A DNA stretch of 64,000 nt from an uncultured Brevundimonas sp. (GCF_937863155.1 NZ_CALMFB010000054.1:29975-93974); one strand, 5' to 3'. Shown: positions 1 to 7,986, counted from the first letter of the stretch. Made by a program: numbers and translations. Notes: a model not told the origin generated them from the sequence alone.

Positions 1-34
1 CGGGATTTCCCCCGGCGCACTCAATCCTCAGCTT
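1..34 (-). ncRNA. Probable group I intron (IC3-like), 5' end only
   Basis: After GGACUU the sequence is AAGCUGAGGAUUGAGUGCGCCGGGGGAAAUCCCG rather than the tRNA 3' half. GAGU can pair with exon ACUU with a U.G pair at the splice site (P1), followed by a GAAA-capped P2-like stem. Truncated by the window edge. Confidence 0.65.
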
Positions 35-69
35 AAGTCCGTTGCGTCTACCAGTTTCGCCACGCCCGC
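33..69. repeat. att direct repeat, left copy
   Basis: ttaagtccgttgcgtctaccagtttcgccacgcccgc. Confidence 0.92.
35..69 (-). tRNA. trnL: tRNA-Leu(UAA) 5' exon (35 nt); remainder lies beyond the left window edge
   Basis: Minus strand reads GCGGGCGTGGCGAAACTGGTAGACGCAACGGACTT: acceptor 5' strand, Leu-type D arm, anticodon 5' stem and loop up to the first anticodon base. Confidence 0.85.
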
Positions 70-82
70 CAGCCGAGCGGGC

Positions 83-112
83 TCTATACCTGCGTTCGTG
101 CCCGCGCGCCAA
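83..112 (-). promoter_or_regulatory. Putative sigma70 promoter for tRNA-Leu, located inside the element
   Basis: TTGGCG (112-107), 18 nt, TATAGA (88-83), then a GC-rich discriminator-like stretch before the tRNA start at 69. Confidence 0.5.
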
Positions 113-258
113 GGCGGCGGGCATTCTTCAACCACCGGGACGCGGCGACCCGTCTCCGGGCGCGATTACCCCCAAAGCGCGCGCGGCTCTCGCATAGGCG
201 CAGGCGCTCCCTATATCGGCGATATGCCGACGCTTCGCCGCCGTTCCTAGGTCCACCC

Positions 259-1185
259 TTGAGCTTTCTCGTTCCGCTGTCGCCCGCGCCTCCAGTGCCC
301 CCGCCCGGGTGGATGTTCGTTGAGCAGCGCTTCTCGGCCTTCATGCAGGGGCTGGGGATCACAGAGCAACAGGCGGTCGACGGTACACGTAAGCAGACGG
401 GCGTTCGGGCAGCCCTGAATCGCTGGTACTACGGCCATGGCGAGGCGACGCAGAACAGTCTGTTGATCGGGTCCTGGGCCAAAACGCTGAGAGTGGCCCC
501 GCCGCGCGACATCGACGTCCTGTTCTGCATGCCTGTCGATATCTTCCATCGCTACGAGGCCCGCGTCGGCAACCGCCAGTCCCAACTGCTGCAGGAAGTC
601 CGCTCGGCGCTGTCGCAGACCTACCCTCAAACGGCGATCCGTGGAGATGGCCAGGTCGTGGTCGTGCCCTTCGCGACCATGCCCGTCGAGGTCATCCCGG
701 CCTTCCGCCTCGACACCGGCCAATATCTGATCGCCGATGCGAATGGCGGCGGTTCGTACCGCAAGACCGATCCGTGGGCTGAGCTCTCGGTGCTCGAAGC
801 GTCGGATCGCGCAACCTTCGGCTCCACGCGTCGCCTGATCCGGATGGCCAAGCAGTGGCAGCGTCATGCCCATGCGCCGATCAAGTCGTTCATGCTCGAG
901 CGCCTGGCCGTGGCCTTCCTTGAAACCTGGCAGCACGCGACCGCAGGCTATGAGGACTGGATGGTCCGCGACTTCTTCGAGTTCATGCTCCGGTATGTCG
1001 GCGGCTCGGTCCAGATGCCTGGAACCGGTGAGTGGGTATCGATCGGCGACGCCTGGGCGCCGCGAGCGCGAACGGCCTTGGCCACCGCCCAGCGCGCCTG
1101 CCAATATGAGGCGGTAAACGCCGATCGGCGTGCGGGCGCGGAATGGCGCTCGCTGTTCGGCTCCGCGATTGGACCCATGTCATGA
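259..1185 (+). CDS. SMODS-family nucleotidyltransferase (CD-NTase-like cyclic oligonucleotide synthase)
   Basis: GSWAK...PPRDIDV catalytic motif, QSQLLQEVR, RGDGQVVVVPF, third acidic residue in VEVIPAF. Start may be TTG 259 or ATG 313. Confidence 0.85.
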   Translation: MSFLVPLSPAPPVPPPGWMFVEQRFSAFMQGLGITEQQAVDGTRKQTGVRAALNRWYYGHGEATQNSLLIGSWAKTLRVAPPRDIDVLFCMPVDIFHRYEARVGNRQSQLLQEVRSALSQTYPQTAIRGDGQVVVVPFATMPVEVIPAFRLDTGQYLIADANGGGSYRKTDPWAELSVLEASDRATFGSTRRLIRMAKQWQRHAHAPIKSFMLERLAVAFLETWQHATAGYEDWMVRDFFEFMLRYVGGSVQMPGTGEWVSIGDAWAPRARTALATAQRACQYEAVNADRRAGAEWRSLFGSAIGPMS

Positions 1186-1718
1186 CCGATACTGTCAGCC
1201 CGGCTGAAACCGACTCCCGAGACGCCATTCTGGCGGAGGCCCGCCGGCTGGCTGTGGACGCCCTCTATTCGGAGAAGGGTCATTTCGAGGCTGCCAGCGC
1301 CTGGCGCGGCCGCACCTACTCGCTTGGCATTCCCGCAGCGCTCATCAGCGCTACCGCCGGCGCCACCATTCTGGCGGATATGGACCCTGCCATCGGCGGT
1401 TCGCTCGCGCTTGTCGGCGCTGCCATCACAGCCCTGATGACCTTTCTCAATCCTTCCGAACGGGCGTCGCAACACCACCGCAGCGGCGTCTCCTACGGCG
1501 GCCTCCGGCGCGCTCTGCGCCAGTTCGTCCAGATCGACGTCGGCATTATGGACGTTGCGGCGCTCCGGTCGCGCCTGACCGAGCTGACGGAGAAGATCGG
1601 GGCCTTGCAATCCGAGTCGCTGCCGATCCCGTCCGCGGCTCACAAGAAGGCGTTCAAGTCGATCCAGGGCGGATCGGCGGAATACACCCCACAGGAACTG
1701 GCGCTCGCAGGAGGCTAG
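1182..1718 (+). CDS. SLATT-domain 2TM effector
   Basis: ATGA overlap with the synthase stop; two hydrophobic helices followed by FLNPSERASQHHRSGVSY; HFEAA upstream motif. Confidence 0.75.
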   Translation: MTDTVSPAETDSRDAILAEARRLAVDALYSEKGHFEAASAWRGRTYSLGIPAALISATAGATILADMDPAIGGSLALVGAAITALMTFLNPSERASQHHRSGVSYGGLRRALRQFVQIDVGIMDVAALRSRLTELTEKIGALQSESLPIPSAAHKKAFKSIQGGSAEYTPQELALAGG

Positions 1719-2572
1719 AGCCCGAGCGCATCCACGAAGGCTCGGACCTGCCCATAGGCGTCCGTCTGCCACTGCTCCGGAGTACGGTCGCCCAAGGCCG
1801 CGCTTGTCTCTACGAACTCGCGAACGCAGGCAGGTCCGTGGTCATCGACATCCCTGAACTTGCTGGCGATCTTCTCATAGCCCTGAAGAGCGCTAGCCCG
1901 TTCCAGGAGGGGCCGGCAGGCGTCGGCCAGGGCTTCGGGCCCGCCCGGGTAGTTTCGGACGCAATAATAGATGTCGTAGGCGTCCTTGCGCTTGAAGCGG
2001 CCGACGAGGGCGTGGCCTTTCATGCCGAGAAGCGCCGGGATCGAGGCCACTGCGATCTTTACGCGATTGGTCCCCGACCGTCCCGGCATCCGGTCCTCAA
2101 TCTCGACCAAAGCCTGGAAGTCAATCGCCAGATCGGCCCCGTCCGCCTTCTGGACGGCGAAGTCCTCCACGAGCGGCCGCTCCCGCTTCGGCACCTCCGC
2201 GTCCCGCGGCATCAGGAAGTCGACGACAACCTTGATCGGGGGACCGCCATCTTCGGCAGGAACTTCCCGGGTCAGCTGGAACGCCCGATCCTCGGGGCCG
2301 CGCTCGTAGCCATGGGCCTGAAGCGCGTGAACCAGGTCTGCGTATTCGGTATCCGCGAGCGCGACCGGGTCGAGTGCGAGATCGATGTCGAACGTCCCGA
2401 CGTGAATCATGTCGTCCGGCTCGAGCAACAGCCACGGCACAGCGCCGCCGACCACGGCGAACTTGCCTTCATAACTGCCGAGGATCTGGCCGATCTCGAC
2501 GAGGGTCTGGCGGACGGCGGCGGTGCTGCGCGCGGGATAGTCCGCCGCGCTCTGCGGTTCCGGCTTCACCAC
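1715..2572 (-). CDS. AbiEii-like nucleotidyltransferase toxin (type IV TA)
   Basis: VVGGAV...GTFDIDL N-terminal motif and K...R..RKDAYDIY C-terminal motif; coupled to the upstream AbiEi-like gene. Confidence 0.7.
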   Translation of the reverse strand: MVKPEPQSAADYPARSTAAVRQTLVEIGQILGSYEGKFAVVGGAVPWLLLEPDDMIHVGTFDIDLALDPVALADTEYADLVHALQAHGYERGPEDRAFQLTREVPAEDGGPPIKVVVDFLMPRDAEVPKRERPLVEDFAVQKADGADLAIDFQALVEIEDRMPGRSGTNRVKIAVASIPALLGMKGHALVGRFKRKDAYDIYYCVRNYPGGPEALADACRPLLERASALQGYEKIASKFRDVDDHGPACVREFVETSAALGDRTPEQWQTDAYGQVRAFVDALGL

Positions 2573-3642
2573 TGGGACACGCTGGCGAGCAGATGGTCTG
2601 CCGCCTCCTGCCCGCGTTCGCCGCCGGTCCCGAGATCAAGGAAGGTCTGCAGCGGGCTGGTCGTCCAGAGGTCTGGAGCCGGCTGACGCAGATCGTCGAA
2701 CAGCTCGGCCTCGTCGGGGATCAGGATCTCGACATTGGCCCCGCTTTCGGCGGGCTTGAGCTGCAGATGATCGACCAAGGCCGGCAGGGCGCTGGGTTCG
2801 GCGATGAGGTAGGTCATCGGCACGCGTGCGTAAGGCGCCCACCAATCGGCGGCCGTGAAGGACATCGCCGCGGCCCGGCCTGAGGACTGAGCCTCACGCA
2901 GGGCGTATCGCAGCGCCACATCCAGCCGCTTCCCGTGCAGGGTCGTATAGTAGCGCCGCCGCTCCCCAACGGGTGCCTCGTAGGCCTCTCGCCAGCCGCG
3001 CAGGAGACCTTCGCGATCGGTCAGCTGCAGGCCCTCGGAATCGGCCGAGGCCCATTCACGGTCGATCAGCGCGCGCCGCACGTTGCTGACCTGGCCCAGG
3101 CTCACTTGCGCGGCTTCGGCGAGGTCCGTCACCTTCCAGGCCCGACCGGGCGTCTGAAGGAGACAACGGAGAACGCGCGCTGATTTCGGTGCGAACGGCG
3201 ACTTCAGCTCGCGCGCGACTGCCTTGGGCTTCTCGGCCGTCTGCCGGTCGATATAGAGGCCCGGGCCGACGATGCGGACGTTGCCCGCGAGATCGAGCCA
3301 GCCCACGCCGGCCTCGTCACACAGGCGCCGGGCGGCATCCGCCATATAGGGGGCTCCCACGAGCACGATGGACTTCATTCCGAGGTTCGCGGCAGCTTGA
3401 AGCGCCTGATCGACGGCGCTGCGGATCACCCGCGGTTGTCCGGAACTCTTCACCTCCATCAATATCGTGAAGCTTCTGGAGGCGATCGAGACATCGGCGA
3501 TGATATCGACGCGTGGGGCGTCGCCCGGTCCCTCGATATCGAGAGACCGTACCTCTACGGTCGGGACGACGGCGAGTATGTCCCGCAGCTCCCCGGCGAG
3601 AGCGCGTTCAGTCTCTTTCACTGAAAGTTCCATTTTCATCAT
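2566..3642 (-). CDS. AbiEi-like antitoxin/transcription regulator with N-terminal PD-(D/E)xK-like region and wHTH
   Basis: VDIIAD...MEVKSSGQPR; wHTH WKVTDLAEAAQVSLGQVSNV; C-terminal TSPLQTFLDL...ERGQEAA. Start uncertain (3660, 3642 or 3633). Confidence 0.7.
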   Translation of the reverse strand: MMKMELSVKETERALAGELRDILAVVPTVEVRSLDIEGPGDAPRVDIIADVSIASRSFTILMEVKSSGQPRVIRSAVDQALQAAANLGMKSIVLVGAPYMADAARRLCDEAGVGWLDLAGNVRIVGPGLYIDRQTAEKPKAVARELKSPFAPKSARVLRCLLQTPGRAWKVTDLAEAAQVSLGQVSNVRRALIDREWASADSEGLQLTDREGLLRGWREAYEAPVGERRRYYTTLHGKRLDVALRYALREAQSSGRAAAMSFTAADWWAPYARVPMTYLIAEPSALPALVDHLQLKPAESGANVEILIPDEAELFDDLRQPAPDLWTTSPLQTFLDLGTGGERGQEAADHLLASVSQW

Positions 3643-3656
3643 TACGTTGAAATAGG

Positions 3657-3673
3657 CCATTTCACTGAAATGG
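3657..3673. promoter_or_regulatory. Palindromic operator between -35 and -10 of the TA promoter
   Basis: CCATTTCA-C-TGAAATGG; minus strand TTGACC, 17 nt, TATTTC. Second copy CTTTCA-C-TGAAAG at 3615-3627. Confidence 0.65.
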
Positions 3674-3699
3674 TCAAGTTCGCTGGCTGATCGCCGCGA

Positions 3700-4995
3700 T
3701 CAGGCACCATTCGAATCCACTGTTTGTCGCTTCGCCGGCTTGGGCTTTCGGACATTGATGGCCGAGGCGTCGAGCACGTTCTTGATGTGAGAGGCGTAGT
3801 ATTTCTCGATCATCTCCACGCTGGTCCGGCAGTTCTTGGCGACCTGATAAATGTCGGCGCCCTCCATGAGCCGCATGGAGATGTAGGTGTGCCGCAGGCT
3901 GTAGGCGGTACGAGGCCTTCCATCCCGGTCCTTCTTCAGGCCGAGTTCGTCCAGGATGGCGTTCAACAGTTCGCGCTGCACCAGACCGAAGACGAGATCG
4001 GTTGGCTGGCCGTTCTTGCGCTTGAGCACCCGTTCGAACGGACGGACGGCTCCGGGCATGCTCTTGCAGTACCCTACCCCACGCTTGCCCCGCACCTCGA
4101 TCTCGAGGATGCGTTCGCCGGTCGCGTCATCCTCAACGATCGAGACGTCTCTGAACTCGAGGCGCTGCGCCTCGTCGGGACGCAGCCCGGTGTTGACCAT
4201 GAACAGCACGAAGTCGTGGAACTGCTCGCACTCGTCGCGCCAGCGCTCCTTTTTCGGGTTCTTCGCGCGCTCGCGCGTCGCTTCGTAGAGGCGCTTGTAC
4301 TCTTCAGGTGAGAACCAAGCCCTGTGGCTCACCTTGCCGGATGCCCGGTACGGGTTGCTCATGTCCGGAAGTGCGGAAATCCACCCTTTCCGGTTCGCGG
4401 TTTTCAGGATCTGCCTAAGACAGACCATCTCGTTATGGAGCGTCTGCCGGCTCGGCCGCTTCCAGATCTTCGCCTTTCCGATCCGTTCTTGCCCCTCCGA
4501 GACGAACCGCACGCGCTGCGGCTCGTCAGGTGGCGTGACACGGTGAAGCCGGTAATCCTGGATCCGGCCGGCGGAGACTTCGGTGATCGGCAAATCGCCG
4601 AAGAACGGGTTGAGGTAGAGACGGATCACCCGCCCCTTCCCAGCGACGTAGTGAGCGTTCCGCTCACCCAACGTCATCGCTTCGAACTCCTTTTCGAAGA
4701 CAGCGGCCGCCTCACGGAAGGTCTTCTCCCCCGGCCGCTTCGGCGTCACACGCTCCGGGACGACGACAGGCATCTCCGGCATCGACGGGAGCTTCCCGGA
4801 CTTGCGGAGACGATCTTCAGCGAGCCGATCGAGATACCAATCGCGCGCGAACTCTCGCGCAAAGGCGACGTTCGTCTCCTTCGTCGACTGACGGTAGTTG
4901 CGGCCGCTCAGATAGGTCGCGCACTGCCAGTATGGGCTGTTTTCGCGACGATAGACGTGGAGCTTGCCCTCCATGAGCGAGTGAGACTCCGACAC
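3700..4995 (-). CDS. Tyrosine recombinase / site-specific integrase
   Basis: TGLRPDEA (Arg), GKRG (Lys), YSLRHTY (H-x-x-R position), MIEKYY (Tyr); adjacent to att. Confidence 0.93.
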   Translation of the reverse strand: MSESHSLMEGKLHVYRRENSPYWQCATYLSGRNYRQSTKETNVAFAREFARDWYLDRLAEDRLRKSGKLPSMPEMPVVVPERVTPKRPGEKTFREAAAVFEKEFEAMTLGERNAHYVAGKGRVIRLYLNPFFGDLPITEVSAGRIQDYRLHRVTPPDEPQRVRFVSEGQERIGKAKIWKRPSRQTLHNEMVCLRQILKTANRKGWISALPDMSNPYRASGKVSHRAWFSPEEYKRLYEATRERAKNPKKERWRDECEQFHDFVLFMVNTGLRPDEAQRLEFRDVSIVEDDATGERILEIEVRGKRGVGYCKSMPGAVRPFERVLKRKNGQPTDLVFGLVQRELLNAILDELGLKKDRDGRPRTAYSLRHTYISMRLMEGADIYQVAKNCRTSVEMIEKYYASHIKNVLDASAINVRKPKPAKRQTVDSNGA

Positions 4996-5021
4996 ATGAC
5001 CTCCTTGCCGCTCGCGGCAAA

Positions 5022-5041
5022 TGTGTAAGTCGTGTGTAAGT
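5022..5041. repeat. Tandem TGTGTAAGT repeats, candidate integrase arm-type sites
   Basis: TGTGTAAGT at 5022-5030 and 5033-5041 between the integrase start and att; inverted repeat GATTTA-N6-TAAATC at 5063-5080. Confidence 0.5.
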
Positions 5042-5089
5042 GTCTACCCGCTCTAACCGATTGATTTAGATACGTAAATCTACGGTAGT

Positions 5090-5131
5090 GGATTTTAAGT
5101 CCGTTGCGTCTACCAGTTTCGCCACGCTCGC
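5090..5131 (-). repeat. att direct repeat, right copy (displaced tRNA-Leu 5' half ending GGACTTAAAATCC)
   Basis: ttaagtccgttgcgtctaccagtttcgccacgctcgc at 5095-5131; continues as an intron-less anticodon loop, then non-tRNA sequence. Confidence 0.92.
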
Positions 5132-5137
5132 GGCGGG

Positions 5138-6583
5138 TCAGTGCGCCTGAGTAGCCGCCGGGCGCGTGGCGCGGAAGTCCACGTCGGAATCGGCGATCAG
5201 CATCACCAGGGCGGCCCAGGCGGCGACGTTCTGGGTCATCTGGGCCGGGTCGATCTTATCCAGGGTGTCGTCGGCCGTGTGGTGCAGGTCGAAATAGCGC
5301 GTCCCGTCCTGGCGCAGGCCGAAGACCGGCACGCCCGCCTGGGCCAGCGGCCCGATATCGACGCCGCCATGCAGCTCCGGCTCGCCCGGCAGCACGCCCA
5401 GCGGGCGCAGCACACGCGCGGCGATGCGGCCGAAATCGGTGTCGGCCGATCCGGGCGGCAGGCCCAGGGCGTAGATGCGGTCGGCGCCGAAATCGCTTTC
5501 GCCGGCGATGATGTGCCGTTCCACGCCCTCAGCGCCGATTTCGGCCAGATAGGATGCGCCGCCATAGGCGCGGTCGGTCGGCTGGTTCACCTCTTCGGAG
5601 CCGTACAGGACGACGCGAAGGGTGCGCGCCGGGCGACGGCCGCTGTCCATGATGGCCTTGGCCGCCGCGATGGTGATGGCGCCGCCCGCCGCATCGTCAA
5701 AGGCGCCGGTGCCCAGATCCCAGCTATCCATGTGCGAACCCAGCACGATGATCTCGTTCGGACGCGACCGGCCCGGAACCTCGGCGATCAGATTGTGGGA
5801 CACGGTCTCATAGGTGCGGGCGGTCGAATGCAGGCGCAGCCGCACCGTCTCGCCCAGGGCGACCAGGCGCGACACCTGGTCGGCGTCGGGGGCGCTGAGG
5901 GAGAAGCCGGGAATGGGCACGCGGCCGTCGACATAGCGGGTGGTGCCGGTGTGGGGCATGCGGTGTTCGTCCGTGCCGGCCGAGCGCATGATGAAGGCCA
6001 CCGCCCCCTTGGCCGCCGCCGCCGCCGGACCCGCGCCCCGGATGCGCGACAGCGAGCCATAGCCCGAACCGTCCTGCATCCGCACCATCTGGCCGCCGTC
6101 GACATAGGCGATCTTGCCAGTCAGCGACCCGGCCGGGGCGGCGTTCAGGGCGTCCAGACTGTCGAACCGCACCACCTCGGCCTCGATCCCGCCTTCGGGC
6201 GTGGCGGGCGAATGACCCAGGGCCGCGGCGGCCAGCATCTGGGGGCGGTCGCCGACGATGGCGGCGCTTTCCTGGCCCCGGTCCCAGCCGACCAAGGGAA
6301 ATTCCTGAAGCCGCACATTCTGGAAGCCCAGGCCGCGCAGATAGTCGGCGGCCCAGCGGAAGGCCGCCGTTTCCGCCTCTGACCCCGCCGGGCGGGCGCC
6401 GAAACGGGTGGTGACCTGGGTGACATAGTCCAGCGCCACATTGGCGTTCAGGGCGTCATCGCGCACCTGTTCGGCGGCGCGCACGACGGCGGAGTCCTGG
6501 GCCGCGGCCGGCAGGGCGGTTGCGGCGACGCCGAAGGCCAGGACGACGGACAGGACGGCGGACTGGCGACGAATGCGATTCAC
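5138..6583 (-). CDS. M28 family exported peptidase (carboxypeptidase Q-like)
   Basis: Signal peptide; GSHMDSWD, GAFDDAAG, GSEE and HHTADD zinc motifs; PA-domain insert. Confidence 0.88.
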   Translation of the reverse strand: MNRIRRQSAVLSVVLAFGVAATALPAAAQDSAVVRAAEQVRDDALNANVALDYVTQVTTRFGARPAGSEAETAAFRWAADYLRGLGFQNVRLQEFPLVGWDRGQESAAIVGDRPQMLAAAALGHSPATPEGGIEAEVVRFDSLDALNAAPAGSLTGKIAYVDGGQMVRMQDGSGYGSLSRIRGAGPAAAAAKGAVAFIMRSAGTDEHRMPHTGTTRYVDGRVPIPGFSLSAPDADQVSRLVALGETVRLRLHSTARTYETVSHNLIAEVPGRSRPNEIIVLGSHMDSWDLGTGAFDDAAGGAITIAAAKAIMDSGRRPARTLRVVLYGSEEVNQPTDRAYGGASYLAEIGAEGVERHIIAGESDFGADRIYALGLPPGSADTDFGRIAARVLRPLGVLPGEPELHGGVDIGPLAQAGVPVFGLRQDGTRYFDLHHTADDTLDKIDPAQMTQNVAAWAALVMLIADSDVDFRATRPAATQAH

Positions 6584-6647
6584 GGCTTCAACCCCAAGCA
6601 ATGGAAGGGGCGAAGCCTATCGGGCGGCATGCGCGAAGGTAAGGGCC

Positions 6648-6905
6648 TTATTCGCCCTGGAGATAGGGCTCGACCGGGCCTTGCAGCTTGACGGTCAGGG
6701 CCTTGCCGCGACGATCGACGCGATTGCCCAGCGCCAGGCGCACCCAGCCTTCGGACACGCAGTATTCCTCGACATTGGTCTTGTCCTCGCCCTTGAAGCG
6801 CACGCCCACGCCGCGCGCCAGAAGGTCGGCGTCGTAGTAGGGGCTGGCGGGATCGACCGACAGACGGTCGGGCATGGACGGAGCGGGTTGGGCGGCGTCG
6901 GACAT
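6648..6905 (-). CDS. DUF3297 family protein
   Basis: PDRLSVDPASPYY...VGVRFKGEDKTNVEEYCVSEGWVR. Confidence 0.8.
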   Translation of the reverse strand: MSDAAQPAPSMPDRLSVDPASPYYDADLLARGVGVRFKGEDKTNVEEYCVSEGWVRLALGNRVDRRGKALTVKLQGPVEPYLQGE

Positions 6906-6988
6906 GTCGGATCAGGCTCGGCGGATCGGGAAGCGCGGTTGATAGCGGGCCGATGGCCCGGCGCCAACCACGCGCTGTGGGCCGTGCG

Positions 6989-7915
6989 TTACTGAACCGT
7001 CTGGCGCGGCTGGGCGCCGGGCGCGCGACCGGCGCCGTCCGCGCCGCCCGAATAGGGCTGAGGTCCGGGGGCTTCGGCGGCGGCCTGTTGCGGGGCCGGA
7101 CGGGCGGCGGCGGGCCGGGCGGCCGGGCGGCGCTGGGGCGTGCGGGCGGCGGGGCGCGGACGCGGCGCGGCGGCCTCCCCGCCTTCACCGGCGGTCGGCG
7201 TCGCCGTCGTCTCGGTCGGAGCGGGGGTTGGGGCCGGCGCGGGGGCGGGCGCCTCGGGGTTGGCGGCGGCGGCGACGGCGGCCTGGGCGGCGGCCTGCTG
7301 GCGTTCGAACCGACGAGCCAGTTTTTCGGTCAGGTCGCGCGCGCCGGACGGCTCCATCTGGGCCATGACGGCGGCCAGGGATCGCGGACGCATGGCGGCG
7401 GCGACCGGCAGGCGCACCCGGTCGTCCAGAGTGGCGAAGACCCGCGCGGCCTCTTTCGGACGCATGGCGGAATAGACGGCGACCAGGCGGTCGATCTCGG
7501 CCTGTTCACGCTCGCCCACCTGACCCAGCAGGGCCTGAAGTTCGCCGCGCAGCGTGGTCAGGGCCTGGGTCTTAGCGTCCAGCTTCTGCTCGGCGGCGGC
7601 CATCAGCGGCAGCATGGTGGCGAAGTCGTGATCGCGCACGTCCAGTTCGGCGCGGCGGTCCTTCAGCGACTGGATGACGCGCAGTTCCGCCGGTGACAGG
7701 CCCGCCTGCTGGGCCAGCTGTTCGGGGCTGAGGGCGCAGACCGCCGGGGCCGCGCGCGGGGCGGCGGCGCCTTCGGCCGCAGCGGCGGGAACGGCTTCCT
7801 CGGCCCAGGCGCGGGCGCCCTCGAACAGGCCCGGCGCGACGCCGATGGCGCGCACCACCACCACGCCTCCGATGGCGATGGCGACGAGCGGCAGGATGCG
7901 AGGCAGACGAGCCAT
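6989..7915 (-). CDS. MotE-family flagellar protein
   Basis: N-terminal TM, coiled coil, RLVAVYSAMRPKEAARVF; syntenic downstream of fliM. Confidence 0.75.
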   Translation of the reverse strand: MARLPRILPLVAIAIGGVVVVRAIGVAPGLFEGARAWAEEAVPAAAAEGAAAPRAAPAVCALSPEQLAQQAGLSPAELRVIQSLKDRRAELDVRDHDFATMLPLMAAAEQKLDAKTQALTTLRGELQALLGQVGEREQAEIDRLVAVYSAMRPKEAARVFATLDDRVRLPVAAAMRPRSLAAVMAQMEPSGARDLTEKLARRFERQQAAAQAAVAAAANPEAPAPAPAPTPAPTETTATPTAGEGGEAAAPRPRPAARTPQRRPAARPAAARPAPQQAAAEAPGPQPYSGGADGAGRAPGAQPRQTVQ

Positions 7916-7986
7916 GGTTTACTCACTCGATCTCGCCCCTCAAGTCGTCCGTCGCCGCGCGACGGACATAGGGGCGTCAAAAAGGG

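Larger units (their letters stand above)
33..5131. mobile_element. 5.1-kb tyrosine-integrase element inserted in tRNA-Leu(UAA)
   Basis: Direct repeat at 33-69 and 5095-5131 (37 bp, 1 mismatch) brackets an integrase plus defence genes. Confidence 0.9.

Noticed and set aside
5090-5131. Right repeat as a second functional tRNA-Leu
   Set aside because: It ends three bases into the 3' anticodon stem with no variable arm, T arm or acceptor 3' strand; it is an att remnant.
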